Shown here: one piece after another, positions 28,105 to 37,088 of the stretch | Layout of the letters: each line of letters starts with the position of its first letter | Numbering within the stretch: the stretch's first letter is position 1 | IMG/VR virus record: IMGVR_UViG_3300031841_003747 | Coordinates: 1-56,033 of that record | DNA from: a virus | Lineage: Duplodnaviria > Caudoviricetes | Strand: one strand, 5' to 3' | Length of the DNA stretch: 56,033 nt | Made by a program: the position numbers and the translations under genes | The notes under the pieces: generated by a model | Seen by the model: the letters and a program-made list of their open reading frames with translations, nothing else | What the model was told of the DNA's origin: nothing | Databases searched by the model: none

Positions 28105-30183
28105 TTACAATGCCGAGATGATGAATGAGTGGAGCTGTTCGTATCTCAATGAATATTCGTCGTAAGCCTCAAAGGTTACATCGTCAGCAATTCCAGTAAC
28201 TGGTCGCTTACCACCTCCGGAATAATTTTCATCCGAAGGATCAGGTGCTGGACCATAAGTCTTCTCAAGGGATTCATACAACTGTTCATCAAGAACGGCG
28301 TGCGCTGTCCTTTGAGTAAGCCCTGTGTCTACCCCATTAACAATTACTTTATAGTGGGTGTCCTTACAAAGCACTGCATAGTCAAAGCCATTAAGTCCTT
28401 CTGCTGTAAATGCTTCCTCTACTTCTTGGGCGATCCACCCAATATGTACGCGCGCTTCTTCACCTTTTTTCTTAACAGAGGATTTAAGACGGTACTTCTT
28501 TACCATACCCTTAAGAGCAACAGCTACACGCTTTTCAGCATCAGAAAGAGCTTCAATATCTTGTTTTAAATTTCTGTCAGAAGAAACAGTTGGACTATTC
28601 TGGATAAACAGGTCTCTCCACTGCTCACCAGTGTTACCCAAGTCCATATTACTGCCTTGTGGAGCTAGACTGCGCTTCATGCTGGAATTACCTAATCCTT
28701 CTCCATAAATATAAAGACCACCAATATTTCCAACACTACTTCCGCCAGTTGTTACTAATCCATTCGATGTGGAAGAGTTGTACCAAAGATTGGGATCTTC
28801 AACATGACAGATATAGTTCACTGAGAACCTACCGACCGATGCTTGTATCTGTATATTTCCTTGGTGATCTATTACATTACCACGCGGATAGTCATCATCT
28901 ACACCGTAGGTTGTACCACTGTATGTACCTACATTTCTTTTAACTTCTGCTTCAGCATTGAAACCATCAACATTTTGCTCCAACTGTAATACCGTACCTC
29001 CTGCGGCACCACTTCCGATCGTACCAGCAGAACCTTCATTCTTAATGAACATTCTATGGTATGTGGCGTCTTCCCTAGCTCTAAAGTTCCAGGATAGACC
29101 TAAATCCATGTAAAAACATGCATTGTTATTACCAAGAATCAATCGATCTGTAACATCAGATGTATCAAGTGGTCCCAAAATAATAGCACCAGCCCAATTC
29201 ATTTGCCCCCATATATTGTGAGTAACATCAGATGCCCATCCAAATTTACCGTCGGTTACATTTGTGTCACCATCTAGTGCTTTATGCGGGTAAATTTGAA
29301 GTATGCTCGAATATTTTGTATAGTCAGCACTAATTGAATCCAGACCAAACTTACCATTACTACCAACGATATTGAAGTTTCTGTATGCTTGCTCTTGGTC
29401 ATGAATGAACCATGCCCCAGTGTTTGGGTCTTGGTGTTCTGCGGCAGTATATGTTGTACCTGTAGGGAACTTATCTCGGAGTGCTATGAGATTAACACCG
29501 CCTTCTAAAACAAGACCCGCAAGACCACCATTAGTATTGTCCTGCCCACCGGAACCAGTGCCAGTAGCTGTCTGTGTTTCAATTAAAAGTGCCGCATCAC
29601 CATAAGAACTTGCTCCCGTCTTAGTTATGTTTAAGCCTGCGTATGCATCACTATCCTCTATCCTGAGGGTACCATCTACATCCTGACTTAAATTAGAGAG
29701 AGAGGACCCTCCGCCAGCCGGACCTTGTAGTCCTTGCGTTCCTTGGAGACCTTGATTTCCTGTCCCTGTAAGGCCCTGCCTTCCCTGAGCACCTTGTGTG
29801 CCTGTACCTGTTGTTCCTTGACTTCCGGTAGTGCCTTGCCTTCCTTGTAATCCCTGAGTTCCTTGCGTGCCTGTACCTGTGAGACCCTGTGTTCCTTGGT
29901 TACCCGTAGTTCCCTGGCTTCCTGTAGTTCCCTGACTTCCTGTGGTTCCCTGACTTCCGGTGGTTCCCTGAGGGCCTTGGATTCCTTGGGTGCCCTGCAC
30001 ATCACCATTAGTTATTGCATTTACATCACCGATGGTAGTGTTGAGCTTTAATCTCAAATTTTCAAAATTACTATCTACATCATTATGAGACAAAGGGTTG
30101 CCACTATTGTGTGCGCGTAATTTTACATTTTGACTCGTAGGGTTAAAATCCCCACTAACATTAAGGTCAGATATATTTGGCAT
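28105..30183 (-). CDS. Tail fibre/spike with collagen-like stalk and C-terminal peptidase S74 intramolecular chaperone
   Basis: [11 protein letters not shown]-terminus, (GxQ/GTT)n repeats, [27 protein letters not shown]. Confidence 0.88.
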   Translation of the reverse strand: MPNISDLNVSGDFNPTSQNVKLRAHNSGNPLSHNDVDSNFENLRLKLNTTIGDVNAITNGDVQGTQGIQGPQGTTGSQGTTGSQGTTGSQGTTGNQGTQGLTGTGTQGTQGLQGRQGTTGSQGTTGTGTQGAQGRQGLTGTGNQGLQGTQGLQGPAGGGSSLSNLSQDVDGTLRIEDSDAYAGLNITKTGASSYGDAALLIETQTATGTGSGGQDNTNGGLAGLVLEGGVNLIALRDKFPTGTTYTAAEHQDPNTGAWFIHDQEQAYRNFNIVGSNGKFGLDSISADYTKYSSILQIYPHKALDGDTNVTDGKFGWASDVTHNIWGQMNWAGAIILGPLDTSDVTDRLILGNNNACFYMDLGLSWNFRAREDATYHRMFIKNEGSAGTIGSGAAGGTVLQLEQNVDGFNAEAEVKRNVGTYSGTTYGVDDDYPRGNVIDHQGNIQIQASVGRFSVNYICHVEDPNLWYNSSTSNGLVTTGGSSVGNIGGLYIYGEGLGNSSMKRSLAPQGSNMDLGNTGEQWRDLFIQNSPTVSSDRNLKQDIEALSDAEKRVAVALKGMVKKYRLKSSVKKKGEEARVHIGWIAQEVEEAFTAEGLNGFDYAVLCKDTHYKVIVNGVDTGLTQRTAHAVLDEQLYESLEKTYGPAPDPSDENYSGGGKRPVTGIADDVTFEAYDEYSLRYEQLHSFIISAL
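29718..29997 (-). repeat. Collagen-like G-X-Y repeats (18-bp units encoding GTTGSQ)
   Basis: Tandem gttccctgacttcc-type units. Confidence 0.9.
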
Positions 30184-30185
30184 GA

Positions 30186-30209
30186 TGTTACAATATTTTT
30201 AGTGTTACA
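30186..30209 (-). promoter_or_regulatory. 24-bp motif
   Basis: Minus strand: TGTAACACTAAAAATATTGTAACA-tc-ATG. Confidence 0.75.
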
Positions 30210-30258
30210 TTAAATTTAGGATGCAATATGATATCAGTCAAGCATCCATGTGAATAAA

Positions 30259-30861
30259 TTAGGCATTAAGTCCTGCGGTAAAATCTGCATAGTCTCCAAG
30301 TGCTTGGGTTGATGCCCTGGTTCCGATTAGTAGACTATTAACTGCTAGTGCCCCAAGTGACACATTACCAAGGGATACTGCATCTCCAGTTCCATCGGTA
30401 AGACCTACCTCAAATCGGTCTTGTGATTCCTCAAAAAGGATTGCACCATTCTGAGTACCGCTAGCCCGCTCAAACAAAAATCCGCCATCTTTTGCTTCTG
30501 TAGAAGAATCATTAGCACCTTCGTTGATAACAATGAGGTTATCCTGGATTTCAGTATTTGTGGTTTGAACTGAAGTTGTAGTACCGGTGACACTAAGGTT
30601 TGATACGCTTAGGGTGTCAGTAGATGCGTCATAAGTAAACCCAGCTTCGGTTCTTAGTTTTCCGTCTGCATCAGAATATACAACACCATTATCCGTATGA
30701 TCTGTGATTTGTATCGTATTTCCTGTACCAATTATTATATCAGCAAAGGTTTGCGTTCCTGTGAATGTGTTAGCTACGCTTGTATCAAACGCGCTATCCG
30801 AAATTTGTTGAGCAACTGCTTGCCCGACTTGGTAAAAAACTGAGGTTGTATCTGCTGACAT
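30259..30861 (-). CDS. Short tail-fibre-like structural protein
   Basis: ANTFTGTQTF and LSVTGTTTSVQTTNTEIQDNLIVIN fibre motifs. Confidence 0.7.
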   Translation of the reverse strand: MSADTTSVFYQVGQAVAQQISDSAFDTSVANTFTGTQTFADIIIGTGNTIQITDHTDNGVVYSDADGKLRTEAGFTYDASTDTLSVSNLSVTGTTTSVQTTNTEIQDNLIVINEGANDSSTEAKDGGFLFERASGTQNGAILFEESQDRFEVGLTDGTGDAVSLGNVSLGALAVNSLLIGTRASTQALGDYADFTAGLNA

Positions 30862-30880
30862 TGTATTAGTTTGTTATTGG

Positions 30881-33487
30881 TTAAGGTGCTGTTGTTTTAT
30901 AAGTGTGCCCTGCTGGTAGTTTGCTTTCTATGCCCCATTTATGAGCAAGGTAGCCTTCTATCTTTACGCGGTCTGATAAATTATCTGTTGCAATAAACTC
31001 GCAGAACTCGCCCTCAAGAAAGTTCTGTCCATTGTTGTACATCATAAATTTCCAGGCACTTGTGCCTGTAGGCGAGAGCGGGTTGCTCGTGTTTGTGTCT
31101 TGCGGTCTGTTTACAGTACCATCAGATGTACCGTCCACCCACATACTGGTAGTGCCGTTTGTTTGCCCACCTGTTGCCCAATTCATTTGGATAGCAAGTA
31201 TACTTACTTCATTATTAGGTAATGTATTGGTGGTGGTATTGAGTATCTGATTATTTGAATAGAATCTTCTTAAGCTAGAAAGGTAGGTTATCGCATTAAC
31301 CTGGAACATTCCGTCAAATGCAGAAGCTCCAGTATCGTCTGTGCCTATATTTATTGGCTTAACAACAAAGAACCATATTTGATTATTTGATGACATTGCC
31401 GAAGCTAACGCACTTGATGCTATATAATCAGAACCGAGCCCACCCGCTCCACCTGTAGCAGTGGATGAATCATCCTCAAATGTTAAAGTTTGTAGACCGT
31501 TCTCAGTACCGGCAATGATGTTTCCTGTTGCACTAAATGTGTTACTACCTACCGAGCCATCACTGTTCTTGTCTGTAATGCTTACAAGATTAGAGCCACT
31601 AAATGTAGTTGTGTTAGTATCAGACGCATCAAGCCAAAGCTCAATATCATCAGGTTGCCATAGTGAATTTGTGTTTCCAGATTTTGCTAAGTCCATCTGA
31701 TCGGCATATGCACGACCAATAGCAAACATATCATTTACTCCGTCACCATTGAAGTCTGGGCCACCAACTGAATCACCAATACTACCACCATATCCATTAT
31801 CAATATCATTTTGGTCGGCAGTATATGTTTCATTAGAGCCAGGATGGACAAGTGTTCTGTCAGCCCACGCAGGAGCGGCTAAATCTTGTGAATTAACGAA
31901 CCCAACATAACCATCTAGGTTTGCCACATTTGCCTCATAAGTGCTTCCCCAGTAATCAGTCGTACCTGTTATAACAAATGGGAACTGAGCCTTTGGCATA
32001 CTTAGATAACTGTTGTCATCTAACCATGTACGGATGTGGTCAATAAATGCGATTAAGTCACTATCTGCACCACCACTCTCCCCTTGCCACCAGATCATAC
32101 CAGCAAGCCTATAACTATATCCTGCATTGGTAAGCTTAGTGAGTCCATCTGCCACTGCTAACTTGAATGCACGCAAAGCATCTCCTTTTCTGTCACCTGT
32201 GGCAGTCAAATCCCAGTCAGATAAATCTGTAGATCCGCCAACGTCCGTTAAAGTACTTGCACCAATCGCATGTTTTAATACTCCAATGGGTTGACCATCG
32301 GTAAGATTTATAGCGTTAGCACGCTCAACAAATCCTAGCTCAGGACCGAACATTGTACTACCACCAATCGTAGAACTACCGCTATCCCCTCTTGTATTTC
32401 CCGCCACCAAGGAAGTTGCCCAAGATGTGTAGTATTGAGTAGAGGAGGCATTGGATGTGTTATCATGCCAAGATGTGTAAAATAGTCCGTCTTGGGTTTT
32501 CTGCACTTCATCTAAGTCACTAACATCAGCATGACCATGTGCATTTGACTGACCAGCGAGCAAGAAAATATCTATCGTTTGATCGGTAATTTCAGAGTTA
32601 TCTAATGTGCGGAACCATTTACCTTGGTAAAAGTATGCCATTGTTGGGTCACCCGAAATCGTACCATCTGTAACAAGTGCTAAGTCTGCTGATGATCCAT
32701 TTAATGGAAGGGTAGCTTTTGTATAAGTTGCCGCAGATCCACCACCACCTCCTGCCTGTAAGGTAGCTACATCATTCTGAAGATTTGCAATATCTGAATC
32801 ATTAGATGCTATATTTGCTCCCGCGGTATTAAGATCGGTGTACATTTGATGCACATCAATCCATCCAGTAGCATAAAGTCCTGTCTTAAGGATTCTAATT
32901 TTTGCAGAATATGCGTAACTACCAGAAGCAACAGTAGCAAGGTCAGGATCATACACCCCTTGGAATGTAGAAGCTGCGACAGGAGTGGAAAATTCACCAT
33001 TAGTGTCAGCAAAGCACGAATTTGTTTCTGGATCATAACTTCCATTCGATGAACCGTCAGGCACTCCAAACTGCGTACCATCATCCGTCCCTTGGCAAGT
33101 TGGCTCACCCCCATCTATTCTTATAAAGTAATCATTGCCGCCGGCTCCATACTCATCGGCTATCCTAAGATACCTAATGGTATTATTGGGAGTGCGCCAG
33201 ATGATGGTATGTTCAGAAATATTTGTGATGTCATGCTCATCGCCAGCATTGATCTGTAGGTATGGTCTATGATGAAGTAAGTTGTTCATCATCCCTCGGA
33301 ACTCGCCATCTACCACAAAGTTATTACCTACAAACTCAAGAGCCGTGCCAGTATCATTTAATTTAAGATTTGGCTTATTTGAGGCGTATGCGGATGGGGT
33401 GTCAGTAAGCTCGAGGAAAGATTGCGCCTCGCCAGCATTTTTGACTGCCTGTCCGATCTGATATAAAATTGAATTTGTGTCTGTCAT
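30881..33487 (-). CDS. Receptor-binding protein with SGNH sialate O-acetylesterase (SASA/CE6-like) and C-terminal LamG-like domains
   Basis: LAGQSNA, FGPELGF, WWQGES, VHP; LWLDASD...EGYLAHKWG. Confidence 0.82.
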   Translation of the reverse strand: MTDTNSILYQIGQAVKNAGEAQSFLELTDTPSAYASNKPNLKLNDTGTALEFVGNNFVVDGEFRGMMNNLLHHRPYLQINAGDEHDITNISEHTIIWRTPNNTIRYLRIADEYGAGGNDYFIRIDGGEPTCQGTDDGTQFGVPDGSSNGSYDPETNSCFADTNGEFSTPVAASTFQGVYDPDLATVASGSYAYSAKIRILKTGLYATGWIDVHQMYTDLNTAGANIASNDSDIANLQNDVATLQAGGGGGSAATYTKATLPLNGSSADLALVTDGTISGDPTMAYFYQGKWFRTLDNSEITDQTIDIFLLAGQSNAHGHADVSDLDEVQKTQDGLFYTSWHDNTSNASSTQYYTSWATSLVAGNTRGDSGSSTIGGSTMFGPELGFVERANAINLTDGQPIGVLKHAIGASTLTDVGGSTDLSDWDLTATGDRKGDALRAFKLAVADGLTKLTNAGYSYRLAGMIWWQGESGGADSDLIAFIDHIRTWLDDNSYLSMPKAQFPFVITGTTDYWGSTYEANVANLDGYVGFVNSQDLAAPAWADRTLVHPGSNETYTADQNDIDNGYGGSIGDSVGGPDFNGDGVNDMFAIGRAYADQMDLAKSGNTNSLWQPDDIELWLDASDTNTTTFSGSNLVSITDKNSDGSVGSNTFSATGNIIAGTENGLQTLTFEDDSSTATGGAGGLGSDYIASSALASAMSSNNQIWFFVVKPINIGTDDTGASAFDGMFQVNAITYLSSLRRFYSNNQILNTTTNTLPNNEVSILAIQMNWATGGQTNGTTSMWVDGTSDGTVNRPQDTNTSNPLSPTGTSAWKFMMYNNGQNFLEGEFCEFIATDNLSDRVKIEGYLAHKWGIESKLPAGHTYKTTAP

Positions 33488-34056
33488 TACTGAATCAATT
33501 TAAAGTTAGCGCGGACATACTGATCCTCTTTTATTTGTAGTACTGTTTCTGAATCAAGTGGCTGATTGATATTATCTCCCTGCCAGTAATCAAACTCATA
33601 GCCTGCAAATGGGCTTGCGGTAATGGTAACTAAATCATTCAGGTTGAAAACATTGTCGGTCCCATCGTAAGATGCAGTACCTCCTGTGCCTGCCGCTAAT
33701 GTTAATACGTATTTCGGCGTGCCCCCTGAAAGTCCTGCAATAAATTCATTTACTCCCTGCTCGTCATAAACTTTAAATTTTGCACCAAAGTATTCTACTG
33801 CTCCTGTTACGGAATTTACATACTCTGGTAGAACCGATGAGTCATGTATTACTGTTCCTGCCGCCTCAGAATCTCCAACGCTATAGTAATTTAAATCGTT
33901 CCATGCAGTTTCACCATCTCCAATTTTCAGTCGCCTAGTGTCTAATTCCCATCCCGGTTCACCCTCAAGTAGGATAGTATTTTCTGATTCCCAGGCATCT
34001 TTCGTTCCTCGACGAATAGACAATCTTGCTGTTACATATCTACTTGGTTGTGGCAT
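33487..34056 (-). CDS. Tail protein with an Mtd/hyaluronidase N-terminal-type domain and a C-terminal InlB B-repeat-like domain
   Basis: IRRGT-W-N-ILLEGEPG-E-DT-LKIGDG-AWNDL; VTITASPFAGYEFDYWQGD. Confidence 0.78.
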   Translation of the reverse strand: MPQPSRYVTARLSIRRGTKDAWESENTILLEGEPGWELDTRRLKIGDGETAWNDLNYYSVGDSEAAGTVIHDSSVLPEYVNSVTGAVEYFGAKFKVYDEQGVNEFIAGLSGGTPKYVLTLAAGTGGTASYDGTDNVFNLNDLVTITASPFAGYEFDYWQGDNINQPLDSETVLQIKEDQYVRANFKLIQ

Positions 34057-34058
34057 TA

Positions 34059-34082
34059 TGTTACAATAGTTATCGTGTTACA
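34059..34082 (-). promoter_or_regulatory. 24-bp motif overlapping a sigma70-like promoter
   Basis: Minus strand: TTGAAA-gat-TGTAACACGATAACTATTGTAACA-ta-ATG (TTGAAA-N17-TATTGT). Confidence 0.75.
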
Positions 34083-34098
34083 ATCTTTCAAGTTAGTT

Positions 34099-34452
34099 TT
34101 AGGCATCATGCTCATAGATGTCCTGTACTTTACGCCCAGCAGAACCAATATCTGAGGTATTGTGAGTGTAAGGAACTAAACTCCCGTTTGATGTTATCTC
34201 CCAAAACTCTACAAACCTAGCAAGTTGCTCAGCTTGGGCATCAGTAAATTGATTAGTTATACCCGATAAACCCTCCAGCTGAGTACTTAATGATGCGTTT
34301 TCCGCCTGAAGTTCAGTTATTTTATCTTTCAGTCTCTCTAGGTTATCTCTTGTCTCAGCCCACCATGCTTGTAATTCTTTTGGCACAGAATCTTCTTCAA
34401 GAAATCGAGCCTCAATATTTCGAGAAAAACTTCTGACCGTAGGAGTGCTCAT
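34099..34452 (-). CDS. Small coiled-coil tail-associated protein
   Basis: Follows the tail hub gene; heptad segment. Confidence 0.65.
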   Translation of the reverse strand: MSTPTVRSFSRNIEARFLEEDSVPKELQAWWAETRDNLERLKDKITELQAENASLSTQLEGLSGITNQFTDAQAEQLARFVEFWEITSNGSLVPYTHNTSDIGSAGRKVQDIYEHDA

Positions 34453-37088
34453 CCTTGATTATAGGCTTGGGTTGCTGATCTTGTGTCCACTCCGCTAACT
34501 TCAAATGTTCTGCCAACAATTTTTACAGGGTTTGGTTTTATGTAAAACTCATCATCAGCAAAATCTACATCGTAATACTCAGGCACTGCATATGCACCTT
34601 CCGCGTAATACTCTGTGTTAATAGATATCTCATCTCTAATGTATGGAGCCCGCACATACATGGGGATCATATTTTCATCAGCTATTCGATTTAACTCTAC
34701 ATAGTCAATATCCACCCCATCAATAGTTTGCATGGTTTCAATTTGCTCTATGCCCTGCGGAGCAGATGTAGTACTGATTCTTACCTGAACTGGAGTAGTT
34801 CCGTACTTGGATGACAACTCAAGTACATAAGATCTAATTTCTTTATCTGAAAAAGAGTCCCCGAAATCAATTAGTCCACTTTTAATTATAGATTTATAAC
34901 CCAGTCCTAATCTTCCATAAACTCTGTATGGTTCGCGCTCGCCCACCTTGGGAGGTCCGTACCCGTACCTAACCATCACTCCACCATATTGGTTATCATC
35001 ACGATATTGAGTGCCCGGGTATATAGTTCCAAAATCATCAACCTGATGTATACCCATAACAAACCATGCTTCTTCTGGTCCTATTCTATTATGCTTAGGT
35101 TTTCTAATAAAAGCACATGCAGTAAATGATGCGTCTATTTCGGAAAGTGTTTTATTTACATAGTCAAATGCTATTGTTCCCCACTGTAGCCTCGGTCTTG
35201 CATCTATGTTTGTTGCTTCTGTTGAAAAATAGGGTTGATCCCCAATTCTAGTTAGATCATCTGCGTAAATTTTACCATCTGGTGATATCGAGTACTTGTA
35301 GTTTTGCTCGGAGAATACAGTATCGCCACGCTCATCAATAAGGTCCCCATTAGAGTTTGTTAGTATACCCATTGGGCAATTAATAAATATTTCCCTAGTA
35401 ATCGGGTTGTCTACGGCATAAACATACTCAGCTAAATCAGGTGGAACTATTTGCCAAAATGGAGGACCGATCTCAAACATACTTATTGGTTGTGGTTCGG
35501 TGGACGATCTAGTGATTGAATAGATCCCACTATTACCCATAAATATATGTTGCTTCCCATCTATATCTATAATGGTGTGCCTAAAGTCTGCCACCCTTCC
35601 ACCAGTATACCTAGGCTCAACCGCAAATGGTACTCTTGATGAGTTTGTTTTTGATATGAAAAAGAACCCCGAATCCCTGTATACCACCAATTTATCATTT
35701 AGTGGTTTCATTTTTAATATCCTAGAGCCATCCTGTGAGAACTCATTATATGATGCTGGAGATCTTAATTGCTCAGCATAGGGACGCAAAACAACTGTGT
35801 ATACACCCGCAGTTAATGGCTGTCCCGTGCTTGGGTCTATTAGTATTAAGTCTTGTGCGTCCTTGTCTACTAATTTTAAATCCCCAATTTCTGCAAAGTA
35901 CCCTTCTTCTGCATATGAAGCGTCGACATAAGGGTTTGTGTTTGTTGTGGTAGCTTGAAGAAATATACCTGATATGATTAAGCTGTTAGGGTCTTCATTT
36001 ACCGTTTTTACTGCACTTACTGGGGTTACCATATTTACGGTCAGCGCATCTTCCCCTTGGAATGTGCCATTACTTAAGTACTTATACATACTAAGGGGCG
36101 TATTTATTGCATAGTTGTAATCCGTTGAGAAATTATATTCTCCAGTATTGGTCACAGTAATTATACCTGGTAGTCCGCCAGTCTCCATAACTACTGCACT
36201 ACCAGTATCCACTCCTGTATTAAATAGCTTGGGTTCTCCCTCGGCTGAAAAAAGTGTCCTGAATTGATATCTTTGTGTTAGTACTTGCCCATAAAGACTA
36301 CTTGATAATATATCTCCATATGGGTTAGTTGCTTGCTCAAACCATGTGTCAAAGCCATCTGTTATAATTGTTATATCAGCACAAAACAATCTATCTTGAT
36401 ACTCGCTAATTGTACCCACGGACACTACTCCATTTTCCCTTAAGGAATAAAGTGGCTCAGCCTGATCGTACTCACTTTTGTATACTATTGGTAAGTCTAC
36501 GCCATTATTGATTATTACATGATTCTGTACATCAACTATCTCCCACCTGTACGCACCCCCCTCATATGGATCAAGTAGGTCTGGCCCTGACTTTTTGTCT
36601 ATGAAGCTATCGAATATATATATTTGCTTCCAATAGAAATCTTCGCCCGCACCTAGCCAATATTCATTGCCAAATGTGTCCACTGCATAAAGCGCATTAG
36701 GATTCTGGTAGTCTTTTGCGTAAGTGTCAGCACTAGAGAATAGTCTTAGTACATGGGGGCCAGCAATAGCTATAAGCACAGGAGTTCCATCTGTCCCAGG
36801 GAACTGATGTATTGCCCGTATCGGATACTCTGAGTTAATAAAATCAAATGAGTTACCAATACCCCAACCTTCACTACCATTTCCCGAAGGAGTAAAAAGC
36901 TCCCAGCCCTCTCTTCTTAATTCCCCATCTGTCTCTCTACGGAAGTTTAATTTTGTAGTATAATTAGCTGAAGATGAAAGAAAGTTTTTCTCTTGAGTTA
37001 TTGGTACATCATCTGAAGCAGACCCAATCAAAGCACCACCTTGTGCTGGGTGGATCGTAATATTTTTATATGCTTTCCGTCTAGCCAT
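34449..37088 (-). CDS. Putative tail nozzle/hub (beta-propeller, T7 gp12/P22 gp10-like)
   Basis: Size, position after adaptor and fibre genes, beta-rich repeats. Confidence 0.6.
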   Translation of the reverse strand: MARRKAYKNITIHPAQGGALIGSASDDVPITQEKNFLSSSANYTTKLNFRRETDGELRREGWELFTPSGNGSEGWGIGNSFDFINSEYPIRAIHQFPGTDGTPVLIAIAGPHVLRLFSSADTYAKDYQNPNALYAVDTFGNEYWLGAGEDFYWKQIYIFDSFIDKKSGPDLLDPYEGGAYRWEIVDVQNHVIINNGVDLPIVYKSEYDQAEPLYSLRENGVVSVGTISEYQDRLFCADITIITDGFDTWFEQATNPYGDILSSSLYGQVLTQRYQFRTLFSAEGEPKLFNTGVDTGSAVVMETGGLPGIITVTNTGEYNFSTDYNYAINTPLSMYKYLSNGTFQGEDALTVNMVTPVSAVKTVNEDPNSLIISGIFLQATTTNTNPYVDASYAEEGYFAEIGDLKLVDKDAQDLILIDPSTGQPLTAGVYTVVLRPYAEQLRSPASYNEFSQDGSRILKMKPLNDKLVVYRDSGFFFISKTNSSRVPFAVEPRYTGGRVADFRHTIIDIDGKQHIFMGNSGIYSITRSSTEPQPISMFEIGPPFWQIVPPDLAEYVYAVDNPITREIFINCPMGILTNSNGDLIDERGDTVFSEQNYKYSISPDGKIYADDLTRIGDQPYFSTEATNIDARPRLQWGTIAFDYVNKTLSEIDASFTACAFIRKPKHNRIGPEEAWFVMGIHQVDDFGTIYPGTQYRDDNQYGGVMVRYGYGPPKVGEREPYRVYGRLGLGYKSIIKSGLIDFGDSFSDKEIRSYVLELSSKYGTTPVQVRISTTSAPQGIEQIETMQTIDGVDIDYVELNRIADENMIPMYVRAPYIRDEISINTEYYAEGAYAVPEYYDVDFADDEFYIKPNPVKIVGRTFEVSGVDTRSATQAYNQG

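Noticed and set aside
28105-34056. Diversity-generating retroelement suggested by the Mtd-like N-terminal domain
   Set aside because: No reverse transcriptase and no adenine-variable TR/VR pair seen
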